From a virus, in IMG/VR virus record IMGVR_UViG_3300045988_158927, positions 1 through 64,000 of that record: 64,000 nucleotides of DNA; one strand, 5' to 3'. Position 1 is the first letter of the stretch. Each line of letters opens with the position of its first letter. Below, piece by piece: positions 1 to 10,254 of the stretch. The notes under the pieces are model-generated. The model saw only the letters and a program-made list of their open reading frames with translations. It was not told where the DNA came from and searched no databases. A program made the position numbers and the translations under genes.

Positions 1-1
1 A

Positions 2-262
2 CGTATTCAGGCGTTGGAAACGAAGACGGACAAGGATACCGTCTATGACGATTCCGACCTGAAGCGCCGCGTTACCGCGCTGGAAGGCCGTCCCGCTGGA
101 CAACGCTATGACGATACCGCGCTTGCTGGTCGCGTTACTGCGCTTGAAAACAAGACCGACAAAGACACGGTGTACGACGATACCGCGCTGAAAGGGCGTG
201 TCTCTGCACTGGAAACCACGTCTACGGACCTGACCGGCCGCGTGCGTGAGCTGGAAAGTAAG
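2..262 (+). repeat. coding tandem repeat block 1 (18-aa fibre unit, degenerate at DNA level)
   Basis: Successive units DKDTVYDDSDLKRRVTALE / YDDTALAGRVTALENKTDKDTVYDDTALKGRVSALE are read directly from the translation. Confidence 0.8.
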
Positions 263-2677
263 GCGCCTGTCGCGTCTGGCGAGGCGTTTACCGGCGATAT
301 GAAAGGCCGTGCCATCACGCATCTTGCTGCCCCCAGCGAGGACACGGACGGCGCGAACAAGGCATATGTCGATCAGCAGCGCGATGCAGCCGTAGAGACC
401 GCCAAGAGCTACACCGACGGGGTGAAATCCGCGCTTGAGCCGACCATTGCGGAAGCGAAGAAGGCCGGCACGGATGCCATGGAACGCGCCGACGCCGCCC
501 ATACGCAACTGTCCGGTATCTCTGCCAAAGTGACGGCGCTTGAGGGCAAACCGTCCGAAGCCTTCACCGGCGACATGAAAGGCGGCAAGATTTCAAACCT
601 TGCTGACCCGACCGCCGAGAAAGATGCAGCAACGATGAAGTACGTTGATGCCGAGGTGAAAAAGGTCGGCGTGGCGGCTGCGACGGTTTCGAGCAAGCAT
701 GCCAAAGACCTGAAAGACGAGCTGGCACCGCAAATCACGGAAGCCAAGCAAGCGGCTTCTGGGGCGTCCACTAAAGTGGACGGGATCGTTTCTCGTGTTT
801 CCACGCTTGAGACTGATGTTGCTGGCTTGAAAGCCGGTGGCGGTGGCGCTGGCGGTGGTGGTGGGGCTGCGCCGTTCACCGGCAACATGGAAAACCGCAA
901 GATCATCAATCTGGCGGCGCCTGAAACTGAATTCGACGCGACGAATAAAGGCTATGTCGATGGCATTCGGTCTGAGCTGATTGCATCGGTTGCTGACGCG
1001 AAGAAAGCCGGTACGGATGCGCGCACGGAGGCCGACAAGGCCAACACGGCCATTACGGATATCCAATCGACGGTTTCCACGCTGACGGGCAAGGTATCCA
1101 CGCTGGAAGGCAAGCAGATTCCGGAAGCTTTCACCGGCGACCTGAAGAATGCGAAGCTGACGAACGTTGCGCTTCCCGAGAACGCCACCGATGGCGCGAC
1201 TAAGGGTTACGTTGACACTGAAGTGGCGAAGGTTGACGCGAAAATCTCGCAGGCCACCACCAAATCCGGAGAGACTGAAGGGAAGGTCTCCGTCCTCGAA
1301 GGCAAAGTGTCCGATTCCGCCCAGAAGATCGAAGCTGCCGAAGGCAAGATCAGGACTGCAGAGGACCGGCTGGATACTGTGGAAGGCAAGGTCAACGGCC
1401 TTGAAACGAAGGTTTCCGGGTTGGATACTGCCGTTAAAGAGCTGAAGGCCAGCGGCTACGATGACACCGAGATCAAGCGCCGCGTTACCGCGCTGGAAAC
1501 CAAGGAAGACAAGGATACGGTCTACGATGACAGTGGCATCAAGGCCCGTCTTACCACGCTGGAAGCAAAACCCGGCTACGATGATTCGGAGGTTAAGCGC
1601 CGCCTGACCGATGCTGAAACTGCCATCGGCGCTAAAGCGGATAGCACTGCACTGGCATCCACAAACAGCGATGTTACTGCGCTGACGGTCCGCGTTACGA
1701 ATCTGGAAGCCAAGCCGGATAAAGACACGGTATACGATGATTCGGACCTGAAACGTCGTGTGTCTGTTCTGGAGGCGAACGGCGGTGGTGGTGGCGGTGG
1801 CGCCTACAACGATTCGGAACTGCGCAACCGTATCAATGCCCTCGAAAAGAAAGAGGACCGGGATACCGTCTATAACGACGCAGAATTGCGTGGCCGCGTG
1901 CAGGCGCTGGAATCCAAAGAGGACAAGGATACCGTTTACAACGATACCGAACTTAAAGGCCGCGTCGCAGCGGTTGAAAGTGCGGTGGCGACGAAAGCGG
2001 AAGCCTCGGCCCTTCAGACTGAAGCCGAAAAGATTACGGCCCTTACCACGCGGGTTAAAGCGGTCGAAGATCGCCCAGCCGGCGGTGGTGCAGCGCCTGA
2101 TCTTTCGGGGTACATGCAGAAATCTGAATTTGAGCGTTATTTCAGAGATAGCACTACCTCGACGCTTGAGCCTGTCTACGCGAAGAAATCGGACATTAGC
2201 ACTTTCATCAACTCAAGCGCGCTTGATCAAGCAATGCTTGGGATTCCCCGCATGATTGGTTACGTTCGTTACACGAACGTGCAGGCCGGCGCGTGGGAAA
2301 ACGGTGCATCGCTTGTGCCGATTGGAACCTACCAAAGGACGGACGTAGGGTCTCTGGACTTCTCGTGGCCCGCTCTTGATCCAAAGGATAACCTTCTGGT
2401 CATTCTGCCGCGTCAGGGTGCATATCTGTTCCAGATCATCCCTGTCAGCAAGTCGGATACGCTGGTTTATCTGCACGATGGGCAGGGTTCCTTTGATGGA
2501 ATGGTGGGTCCGATCTCTTCGGCTAACGCGGTTGCGATGGGTACCGGGATACAATTTATCGGCGCGGTCAATGGACCGAACAAACTGGCCCGTATCCCCT
2601 TGGCAACCCCGGGTAATACCCGTAAACCCATTGGGGATTTGGTCATCATGATTACATTCCTTGGGGAGCGTAGATAA
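2..2677 (+). CDS. tail fibre protein, N-terminus lies left of the window
   Basis: The frame stays open to nt 2 (RIQALETK... continues the repeat); the track start at 14 is a TTG artefact. It has 18-aa units Y(D/N)D(S/T)xL(K/R)xRVxALExKxDKDTV, four fibre motifs FTGxMxxxKIxNLxxPxxxxDAxNKxYVD, Gly runs and a non-repetitive C-terminal ~190 aa. Confidence 0.85.
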   Translation, partial: RIQALETKTDKDTVYDDSDLKRRVTALEGRPAGQRYDDTALAGRVTALENKTDKDTVYDDTALKGRVSALETTSTDLTGRVRELESKAPVASGEAFTGDMKGRAITHLAAPSEDTDGANKAYVDQQRDAAVETAKSYTDGVKSALEPTIAEAKKAGTDAMERADAAHTQLSGISAKVTALEGKPSEAFTGDMKGGKISNLADPTAEKDAATMKYVDAEVKKVGVAAATVSSKHAKDLKDELAPQITEAKQAASGASTKVDGIVSRVSTLETDVAGLKAGGGGAGGGGGAAPFTGNMENRKIINLAAPETEFDATNKGYVDGIRSELIASVADAKKAGTDARTEADKANTAITDIQSTVSTLTGKVSTLEGKQIPEAFTGDLKNAKLTNVALPENATDGATKGYVDTEVAKVDAKISQATTKSGETEGKVSVLEGKVSDSAQKIEAAEGKIRTAEDRLDTVEGKVNGLETKVSGLDTAVKELKASGYDDTEIKRRVTALETKEDKDTVYDDSGIKARLTTLEAKPGYDDSEVKRRLTDAETAIGAKADSTALASTNSDVTALTVRVTNLEAKPDKDTVYDDSDLKRRVSVLEANGGGGGGGAYNDSELRNRINALEKKEDRDTVYNDAELRGRVQALESKEDKDTVYNDTELKGRVAAVESAVATKAEASALQTEAEKITALTTRVKAVEDRPAGGGAAPDLSGYMQKSEFERYFRDSTTSTLEPVYAKKSDISTFINSSALDQAMLGIPRMIGYVRYTNVQAGAWENGASLVPIGTYQRTDVGSLDFSWPALDPKDNLLVILPRQGAYLFQIIPVSKSDTLVYLHDGQGSFDGMVGPISSANAVAMGTGIQFIGAVNGPNKLARIPLATPGNTRKPIGDLVIMITFLGERR
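281..1240 (+). repeat. four ~95-aa coding modules, each opening with (E)AFTGDMKG...NLA.P....DA.NK.YVD
   Basis: Module starts lie at nt 281, 557, 875 and 1124 (EAFTGDMKGRAI, EAFTGDMKGGKI, FTGNMENRKI, EAFTGDLKNAKL). Each is followed by a helical AKKAGTDA-type segment. Confidence 0.8.
1457..1981 (+). repeat. coding tandem repeat block 2 (about nine copies of the 18-aa fibre unit)
   Basis: YDDTEIKRRVTALETKEDKDTV, YDDSGIKARLTTLEAKPG, YDDSEVKRRL..., YDDSDLKRRVSVLEANG, YNDSELRNRINALEKKEDRDTV, YNDAELRGRVQALESKEDKDTV, YNDTELKGRVAAVES. Confidence 0.8.
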
Positions 2678-2680
2678 AGA

Positions 2681-5600
2681 GTGGCAACGATAACAGCGTC
2701 AGAAATTCGGAAGCGCATGGCTTCCGAAACTGATATCCAATTGGATATCTACGACACTGTTTCCATCGAAGACGATCAACTGGTCATCCCGAATACCGTT
2801 AACAGCATTCGGGGTGGCCATTTCGTATTTTGGGGAAACAGGGCAAGAGCAGGCATGCTTGTGCTTAACCGGCGGGTTGAGCATGAGCTGCTGATTGAAA
2901 ACACGCAGATTACGCTTCACGCGAACGAGCAATCCAATTGCGAAGCGGCTTTGTACATTACGGGTAGCAATAATGTTTCCGTAAAACATTGCCGATTTTA
3001 TGTTAGCCTCGATGCGCATGCTCACTGCCTGAGTATTAAGGCTGCCGTGCCGGGTGTTGATTGTTCTGGTATCAAGGTCATCGGGAATACGTTCCAATTC
3101 CAGAGACACGAAGAATCGATCAAGAGTGGCAAAAACGCCATTTTTGTTCTCGGCCATCTTCCGGGGAATCAGAAAGAAAGCTGGACCAAGTACGGTCGGC
3201 TGCTGACGCCGGATGCGTGGGTCAGAGACATTGAGATCAGCGGAAACATTATCTCTTCCGGTTACTACGGCATCGGGCTTAGTGGCGTCCGTGATTTTGA
3301 AGTGCATGGAAACACGATGTCATACAACATGCGTGGCATGTCCGTTCAGGATGGATGCACTGTTGGGAACGTTCGCGGAAACAAGGTCAACCAAAACGAA
3401 TCGGCAGGATTCCACAATGCTTACGGATCGCATGACATTCGGTATTCGTGGAATGAGGTGAACTCACCTTCTGCTGCGCATGGAGAGGCTTTCTTCCAAG
3501 CTTATGTAGGATGCCGTGACATTACATTCGAGTTTAACGAATCGTTTAGTGCTTTCGGTTCCGACGAAACTGGGCCTAAGTATGTCTATTACGCCGGCAT
3601 CGACGTGGACAACATCCAGTTTTGGAACAATCGACACAATGGCAAGGCTTCCCGCGCCATCGCGTGCATTGACAATCAATGGTCCAACAAGATCACGGAC
3701 CCGCATCATCGTTCATTCAACGCCAAGGATGTCGATAACGACTTCGGTAAAGGCACGCAACCTAACCGGGTTGCCATGCTGCTGAACAAGATCGAGAACG
3801 CCGGCGATAGCGTCATTTACGCATACACTGCCGACCGGAACCTGCCGTTCTTTGGCGTGACGGATTGGGGCAACGAAGGCGAAGGGGTTTTGCGCATCAA
3901 GACGCCTAACGACGTTGCCAATGGCGTTCTGCCCGTTCCTATCGTTTACAGGAATGGGAATGTGGTGCCTCATAGCGAACTGTATGCGACGCCCGGTGGT
4001 GGTCAAACTCAACCGCTGCAACCGCCTGCCAGCCCGACCGATGATGACGTGTTCAAGGCCATCTTGGCAGAGGGCCTCACTGTCAGCAGCAACCGGAATA
4101 AGGTCGAAGTGCCTGAGCCGCCCGTTTTCCCGCTGCGCACTGCCATTCACGCGCCGACCTATAACACGCCTATTGCCCGCGTAACCGACAACGTTGTGGC
4201 ATGGTCCAAGGGCCAGCGTCGCGTGCGTTCGGACTATTCGCGTCGTCAAGCATGGAACTGTGATAACACCATGTTCATCATGACGACGAGCGATGGTTAC
4301 TGGCAGACCTATGACAACAAAACGCTCAAGCTGATTGCAACGATGCCAGCGCAAATGGGCGGCGATGCAGAACCCGTCTGGCATCCGAACAAACCGGACG
4401 TTCTCTTCCATGTGCCGCAAAACGGCGTCGGCATGAAGCTGATCGAGCGTAATGCCCGCACCGGGCAGGAAATCAAGACGACGGAAATCGGCCCGCTGCT
4501 GACGGCTATTTGGCCCGAAGCATTCAACTGCTGGAGCAAGTCTGAGGGCGCGCCGTCGCTGGATTGCCGTTACTGGTGCTGGATCGTCCAGAAAAAGGGC
4601 TTCATCCCGCTGGGCGCCGTGGTCTATGACCGCGTGGAGCACAAGATCATCGGGAAGATCGACATTCCTGAGAACCATATGCCGGACCATTCTTCCATGT
4701 CCCCGTCGGGCAAGTACGCGACTATCTCTTGGGCGTATCAACCCGGATGGGATACCCGCGCATACACGCGGAACATGAAGGATGTTCACCCGGCCAGCAA
4801 GAGCGGCCTGCCCTATATCATCATCAACACGGCATCGGAACATAGCGACCTTGGCCAGCTTGAAGACGGTACGGACGTGTACGTCTCCGGGGATTACACC
4901 GGCAATTCCCGCCTGTTCATGGTCAATCTTGAGACCGGACAAGAGACAAACTTCATGAGTTTGTACGGCCAGAGTACGGCCACCGCATATCACGTTAGTT
5001 GCCGAAACTCCCGCGTGCCCGGATGGTGTGTCGTTTCGTTCTATAACGATTATCTGGACAATCACGATAACGAGCAGCGCAACAAACCGGCCATGCAATG
5101 GTTCCACCGCAAGATTTTTGCCATGGAACTGAAGCAGAATGGCAAGATGATCCCACTTGCTTGGGCTGATTCCGTTCGGCGCACGTTCTGGGGCGATGAT
5201 GCTTACTGGACTGAGCCGCAAGCGACTGTCAACCGCGAGATGACGCGGATCATGTTCCAATCGACGATGAACGTCGTGGACTGGAAAGCGACGGAAACCT
5301 ACATGCTGGCGATGCCTGAAGGTCTCTTTGGCAGAATCGTTCCGGGTGTGACCGCCGAGGAGCCGCATGTCGTTACCCCGCCGACGCCGAACCCGCAGCC
5401 GCCTACACCGCAACCGCAACCTCAACCGCAGCCGCCTGTTGTTGCGCGTGAGTGGAAGGGCTTCGATAAGACCGAGATGGCGAACGTCTGGGGGCCGGGG
5501 CGCTTTGTCATCGAATCCCTTCGGAACCTTACGGTGGGATATCGCACCGGCGCTCACAACTATGCGATGACGTGCCGATTCAAGGCCGAATCGTCTGCCG

Positions 5601-7672
5601 CGCTTGCGCGTATTTGGTACTACGTTCCGTATGGTGATGCAAGCGGATATCACGGCGGGACTGCTGGCATTCTCCGTGCAACCATCTATGACGATGACGG
5701 CAACGGCAACCCGAATCGTGCCGGGGCGCAATACGGATACATCACGCGAGACCTTCGCTCACTCGACCATAGCCGCGATGCCATGTATGAGGACGTTGTG
5801 CGCGATGCCCGCCCGCTGACCGCTGGCAAGATTTATCACGTCACGTTCAGGAACGACGATGCGACGGTAGGAAACTTCTACTCGATCAACTGTGTGCAGG
5901 TTGGTGCTAACGCACGTTTCTCGCCTACGCGCTGGGTTCCGCCTCGGGAATGGGGTACCAAATGGTCTTCCAATAGTGGCGCCACGTGGATCGATTCCAC
6001 GAACCCGGCATCCACTAACGGTGCCGAGATGGTCACAGTCCCGATGATGCGGCTTACTGATACGGCCGGAAAGGAATACGGCTACATGGTGCTGGAATCT
6101 GGGGCTCCTAACTCTCGGGCGATCATCCTTGGTCAATCGAACGCCGGCAGCCAGACGCGGAACATCCGTGAGGCCATGTATATCAGCAAGAAAATGACCC
6201 TCAAGGGCATGTCGCTGGTGGCTGAGAACATCAACGGGAATGACCAACTGACGATTTCCATCAAGCGGCTTATCGGTGACGGTCTGTCGAATGAGGAAAA
6301 CGGCACGCTGTGGACGCATACGCTCACGGCGAACGCGCGCCCGGCATCGCAGCGCATTAGCGGCATCCGGGCGAACTTCGCGGTCATCGAATGGTACGAC
6401 ATTCCGTTTACTTCGGATATCGTTCTGGCGGCCGGGCAATGGATCGCGGTTGACTTCACGGCTCCGCGTGGATCGTGGCGCTTTGCGGGTCAAACTAACG
6501 GCCGGCGACGCGGCACGGAAGGCGGTGGGCGCGGTCTGGAAATGCCGGTGTCCTATATCGATGGCGAGGCGCGGTACACGAACAATTCGGGCAACTGGAT
6601 TCCGCTGAACTATCACGCGCACCAATCGCCTAACGGCAACCGGAACGACGTGAACTGGCGTGGTGTGACGCTGCACTACATTGAGGATGCGAATGCTCAA
6701 GAGACGCCGGCACCGATTCCGAAGCCGCCTGCACCGCCTCCGACACCGCCCGCACCGAATCCGCCCCCGGCACAACCGCCTGCACCGCCGACGCCGACGC
6801 CATCCGGCTACATGTCTGACCGCGAGAAAGAGCGCGTTATCAGGCTTGCAACCGGATACAACGATGCAGCGCCGACTGGCTGGGTGAGAAACGGCACGAA
6901 CGGAGGTGATGGCCAATTCAAATCAGCGGCAATCGTGCAGGGTAATCAGATTACTTGGGAACCTTCTGATGGCTGGTGGAATAACGGCGGCGGTCAACCT
7001 ATCAGAGATCACGGACTTCTTAACGAGAAGAAGTGGACTCCGTTTGATACGTTCCAAAACTGGACGGTCGGCATGGAAGATAGTGGCAACACTGCCAAGC
7101 ACGGTCAGATGTTCATGGACCTGCGCAACATGTGTACGTTCTTCCTGTATGAGGGCAGTAACGATTGGTGGCTGTTCCACAAATCAGACACTGTTGGTTG
7201 GGCCGATAAATTTAACTGGTCGATGGGCGGTGGCGACGGAAGCCAGATTCCTAGACAGGTTGTCGACGGACATAGCCGCGTGCTGATTCCTGTCGGCAAT
7301 ACTGATGCGACTGGTATTTATCACGGTGGTGCCGGCGACATTGACATGAAGCGGGCCTATGCACGCGGGAAGATTCGCGCTGTTCTGGTCACGGCCGAGG
7401 CCCGTATCTCGCCAAACTCGCCTGCTGGTGCGCGTGCATGCTTCCAGATGGGCGGCGACTGGAAGTGGTACAACGATAGCAAGATCCTTGCGTGGTATCC
7501 GGGCTTTGGTTTGTCTGCGACAACCCGACTTAGCCGAGATTGGCAACGGTTCTACCATTGCTCGCTCCGCCTTGACGATGGCTCGCTCAAGCCGGACGTT
7601 TCCCGCGCAAGCCGCGCTATCACGGTTGGCGAATTCCGCAGAACGCGAATCCCGCTGCCTGATATGACCTGA
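2681..7672 (+). CDS. giant multi-domain tail fibre/tailspike, probable glycan depolymerase
   Basis: 1663-aa ORF with a GTG start 4 nt after the previous stop. The N-terminal third shows parallel beta-helix style repeats (IKVIGNTFQF, IEISGNIISSGYYGIGLSG, FEVHGNTMSYN, VRGNKVNQNESAGFHN). The middle region has propeller-like strands. Two Pro-rich linkers lie at nt ~5375-5437 and ~6704-6803. Confidence 0.75.
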   Translation: MATITASEIRKRMASETDIQLDIYDTVSIEDDQLVIPNTVNSIRGGHFVFWGNRARAGMLVLNRRVEHELLIENTQITLHANEQSNCEAALYITGSNNVSVKHCRFYVSLDAHAHCLSIKAAVPGVDCSGIKVIGNTFQFQRHEESIKSGKNAIFVLGHLPGNQKESWTKYGRLLTPDAWVRDIEISGNIISSGYYGIGLSGVRDFEVHGNTMSYNMRGMSVQDGCTVGNVRGNKVNQNESAGFHNAYGSHDIRYSWNEVNSPSAAHGEAFFQAYVGCRDITFEFNESFSAFGSDETGPKYVYYAGIDVDNIQFWNNRHNGKASRAIACIDNQWSNKITDPHHRSFNAKDVDNDFGKGTQPNRVAMLLNKIENAGDSVIYAYTADRNLPFFGVTDWGNEGEGVLRIKTPNDVANGVLPVPIVYRNGNVVPHSELYATPGGGQTQPLQPPASPTDDDVFKAILAEGLTVSSNRNKVEVPEPPVFPLRTAIHAPTYNTPIARVTDNVVAWSKGQRRVRSDYSRRQAWNCDNTMFIMTTSDGYWQTYDNKTLKLIATMPAQMGGDAEPVWHPNKPDVLFHVPQNGVGMKLIERNARTGQEIKTTEIGPLLTAIWPEAFNCWSKSEGAPSLDCRYWCWIVQKKGFIPLGAVVYDRVEHKIIGKIDIPENHMPDHSSMSPSGKYATISWAYQPGWDTRAYTRNMKDVHPASKSGLPYIIINTASEHSDLGQLEDGTDVYVSGDYTGNSRLFMVNLETGQETNFMSLYGQSTATAYHVSCRNSRVPGWCVVSFYNDYLDNHDNEQRNKPAMQWFHRKIFAMELKQNGKMIPLAWADSVRRTFWGDDAYWTEPQATVNREMTRIMFQSTMNVVDWKATETYMLAMPEGLFGRIVPGVTAEEPHVVTPPTPNPQPPTPQPQPQPQPPVVAREWKGFDKTEMANVWGPGRFVIESLRNLTVGYRTGAHNYAMTCRFKAESSAALARIWYYVPYGDASGYHGGTAGILRATIYDDDGNGNPNRAGAQYGYITRDLRSLDHSRDAMYEDVVRDARPLTAGKIYHVTFRNDDATVGNFYSINCVQVGANARFSPTRWVPPREWGTKWSSNSGATWIDSTNPASTNGAEMVTVPMMRLTDTAGKEYGYMVLESGAPNSRAIILGQSNAGSQTRNIREAMYISKKMTLKGMSLVAENINGNDQLTISIKRLIGDGLSNEENGTLWTHTLTANARPASQRISGIRANFAVIEWYDIPFTSDIVLAAGQWIAVDFTAPRGSWRFAGQTNGRRRGTEGGGRGLEMPVSYIDGEARYTNNSGNWIPLNYHAHQSPNGNRNDVNWRGVTLHYIEDANAQETPAPIPKPPAPPPTPPAPNPPPAQPPAPPTPTPSGYMSDREKERVIRLATGYNDAAPTGWVRNGTNGGDGQFKSAAIVQGNQITWEPSDGWWNNGGGQPIRDHGLLNEKKWTPFDTFQNWTVGMEDSGNTAKHGQMFMDLRNMCTFFLYEGSNDWWLFHKSDTVGWADKFNWSMGGGDGSQIPRQVVDGHSRVLIPVGNTDATGIYHGGAGDIDMKRAYARGKIRAVLVTAEARISPNSPAGARACFQMGGDWKWYNDSKILAWYPGFGLSATTRLSRDWQRFYHCSLRLDDGSLKPDVSRASRAITVGEFRRTRIPLPDMT

Positions 7673-7722
7673 GATAATGCACACGCCCCGGGGAAATCCG
7701 GGGCATCCATGGAGAAAACGAA

Positions 7723-8559
7723 ATGAAGCAATTGCAACCTATTCTTAACTCGGCCTGCCTTCTGGGCAGCACCGAGCCGCTGAATGATCGCCTGAAGATC
7801 ATTCAAGACAATTTCAACGAACTGAATGCACGTGCCGGCGGTGGTGGCGGTGGCAGCGGTTTCGTTACTTCGGTCAACGGGCAAACCGGAGACGTGAACC
7901 TGAGCTTTGATAATCGCACGTTCCTGAATCCGACGCTCAATGGCACGGTGACGGCTAACGGTTCTCGCGTCGTTACTGAATCGGCGCTCACGACTGAAAA
8001 GCAGGCCATCACGCAAAGCATTGAGGCACTTAAGGCAGTGGCCACCACGACCACGCCCGGGATGATGTCAGCGGCCGACAAGGTGAAGCTGGACGGTCTT
8101 TCGACCGGCGGTGGTCACTCTGAAGCGGAACCCGCCAAGCCCGAGGCTATCGTTTCGTCCCAGATGTACGGCGCGCTGAATATCGTTGTGGACGGTGGTA
8201 GCGGCGCCTCGATGGATGGCGATGCCGAGCATACGCATGCCACCAAGCGCGTGCAGTTTGCCGCCCAGATGACGATTACCGTTCCGCAAAGTGGCTGGTA
8301 TCGCATCGAGGTCGATGCGTTCGCCAAGAACGACGGGACTACCTTCACCAAGGGGGTGTACCTCAACAATGGCGTGACCAAATTCCCGGCGGTGGTGGGG
8401 GTTTCGACCGTGCGCCAGACCAAGATGAGCGGCAAGAGCGGCTTTCTGTCGTTCCTCGCCAAGTGTGAGGCTGGCACGGCCTACCGCATCAGCCTGAATA
8501 GCACGGAAGCGTTCAGCGCCCAGAACGTGAAACTCACGGTTTCATACGAAGGGGAATGA
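7723..8559 (+). CDS. tail fibre protein
   Basis: RBS GGAGAAAACGAAATG. Fibre hallmarks are present: Gly run, SVNGQTGDVNL, and TPGMMSAADKVKLDGL. Confidence 0.75.
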   Translation: MKQLQPILNSACLLGSTEPLNDRLKIIQDNFNELNARAGGGGGGSGFVTSVNGQTGDVNLSFDNRTFLNPTLNGTVTANGSRVVTESALTTEKQAITQSIEALKAVATTTTPGMMSAADKVKLDGLSTGGGHSEAEPAKPEAIVSSQMYGALNIVVDGGSGASMDGDAEHTHATKRVQFAAQMTITVPQSGWYRIEVDAFAKNDGTTFTKGVYLNNGVTKFPAVVGVSTVRQTKMSGKSGFLSFLAKCEAGTAYRISLNSTEAFSAQNVKLTVSYEGE

Positions 8560-8596
8560 CGTATCATGACGGCCATAGCCGGAATGAGGAAACACT

Positions 8597-9457
8597 ATGG
8601 CCGTCACTCTCAAAACGATTGAAGAAATTCCATCGAATGATCCCTACGCGACGCCTGAACTTTGGAACGCGACCTATCGGGACATCAACTACAATTTCTC
8701 GCAGCTAACCCGGGAAATCAATCAGGGTTTTGTGACAAAAACCGCTGATATCTACGCGAATTCAACCGCGGCGGCGAAGAACGATTACATTCACGCTCAA
8801 GGCTTCTTCTCGATTGTTCACCCCGCAAACTATGACCGAAGCCAGCGCGTCCCTACTACCAAATGGGTTGGCGACCGTGTGGACGAAGCGCGGTCCGGGA
8901 TGCTCTCGCGTATCTCGAATGACATGCAGGCCGTCGTGTCGCCCGTCACTTTTGCCAAGACGATGTTCGCCGGACAGTCTCACTGGGGGACGGACATTGA
9001 TTCGATCCTGCGCAATCTGAAGCTGGAAGGATCGGAGTTTGGACCTACATCGGTGCCAAACTTCTCGATGCTTCGCAGACTGGGATGCGTCCACAACATC
9101 GGGCACGCAAACGGTGGGCTTTCGTTCATTTGCTTCCCGCTGATGAACTTTTTCATCATGATCTTTGGTACCGCATCATTCCCGCGAGGCGGCGGCCATG
9201 CAATCAACGTCCCGCTGCCGATCCACGTGGATGAGCCGTTCGGTGTGATGCCGACACCGGCCGTGTCGAAAAACTTCGGCGCCGTCGCTGGAAGCTTCGC
9301 TAACAACGAGAACATTACGCTGGACTTCCCCGGCGCGGCGGATGAGATCAGGAAGAACGGAACCTATTGCAAGGTTGTGGCTTTCGGCTTCACTTCGTCC
9401 GCAAGCCTGCGCGCTGTCTCGAATAAATACGCGGCATCGAATGCCAAGGATAACTGA
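8597..9457 (+). CDS. tail fibre-associated / receptor-binding protein candidate
   Basis: RBS GAGGAAAC. The N-terminus (DPYATPELWNATYRDINYNFSQL) resembles the N-termini of the next two genes. It sits in the fibre cluster. Confidence 0.55.
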   Translation: MAVTLKTIEEIPSNDPYATPELWNATYRDINYNFSQLTREINQGFVTKTADIYANSTAAAKNDYIHAQGFFSIVHPANYDRSQRVPTTKWVGDRVDEARSGMLSRISNDMQAVVSPVTFAKTMFAGQSHWGTDIDSILRNLKLEGSEFGPTSVPNFSMLRRLGCVHNIGHANGGLSFICFPLMNFFIMIFGTASFPRGGGHAINVPLPIHVDEPFGVMPTPAVSKNFGAVAGSFANNENITLDFPGAADEIRKNGTYCKVVAFGFTSSASLRAVSNKYAASNAKDN

Positions 9458-9459
9458 CC

Positions 9460-10254
9460 ATGGCGATTTTCAACATTCCACACCCTTCGATCTCAAAGCT
9501 TCCGACTACGGAGGTGGATGCCGAGCCGGAACTCTGGAATAAGGGATACCGTCAGATTGACGAGAACATGGACGCCATCAAGCGCCAGCTAGATCTACTG
9601 GACAAGGAATTGCGCGATGCCCGGGGAGCTGACGCTAACGCGGCTGCACGTATTGCGCGCATTCAATCCGAATTTAACGCTCTTAAAACGCGCATCGGAA
9701 GCACTGTCGTTAACTCGATCAACGGCAAGACTGGGAACGTCTACATTACGGCCGGTGACGTGCCGGAATTGCTCACGAACGGCAATCCGTACATGACAGG
9801 CATTCCGCATCTTGTGGGTGTTCAGGATTGGGCCAACGAAGCCGAGACCGAGGTAGACAACAATTCAAATCAGTTTGCCCTAGTCTCGCAAGGTTTCATC
9901 AAGCGCATGATGCGCAAGATTTCCGAACGATTCGTGCAGACGTACTCGGTTGGCGGTCAGCGGTTCATCGTCATGGGGATTCCCGGTGCCCGATTCATCA
10001 TCGGCGTAGGGAAAGCCACGTTCAGCGACCATAACGGGCATGCGTCTTGGGAGATAGGCCCGGGCCTGAACGATATGTACAACAAGTATGACCCTGAATG
10101 GTTCGCCGCGTACATGACGCCGCAGGTGGGTAGTGAAGCTAAATTCCTTGGCGGCGAGGCCATCGGGCGCAACTTCCGCATGCGATGGATTGACGCCCCG
10201 ATCCGTGGTGACAAGATTGCATCTTGGATGGTCATAGGAATTTGCCGGCGATGA
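9460..10254 (+). CDS. tail fibre protein
   Basis: RBS AAGGA. N-terminus AEPELWNKGYRQIDENMDAI, a coiled-coil stretch, and the fibre motif SINGKTGNVYITAGDV. Confidence 0.65.
   Translation: MAIFNIPHPSISKLPTTEVDAEPELWNKGYRQIDENMDAIKRQLDLLDKELRDARGADANAAARIARIQSEFNALKTRIGSTVVNSINGKTGNVYITAGDVPELLTNGNPYMTGIPHLVGVQDWANEAETEVDNNSNQFALVSQGFIKRMMRKISERFVQTYSVGGQRFIVMGIPGARFIIGVGKATFSDHNGHASWEIGPGLNDMYNKYDPEWFAAYMTPQVGSEAKFLGGEAIGRNFRMRWIDAPIRGDKIASWMVIGICRR

Noticed and set aside
1167-2255. Off-frame plus-strand ORFs (92 and 165 aa) inside the first fibre gene.
   Set aside because: Basic, low-complexity translations of the repeat DNA in the wrong frame.
3713-6916. Long minus-strand ORFs (672 aa at 3713-5731 and 385 aa at 5759-6916) opposite the 1663-aa fibre gene.
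   Set aside because: They are Arg/Gly/His-rich low-complexity translations typical of shadow ORFs antisense to a GC-rich gene. They have no RBS and no recognisable motifs. The plus-strand gene has clear domain structure.
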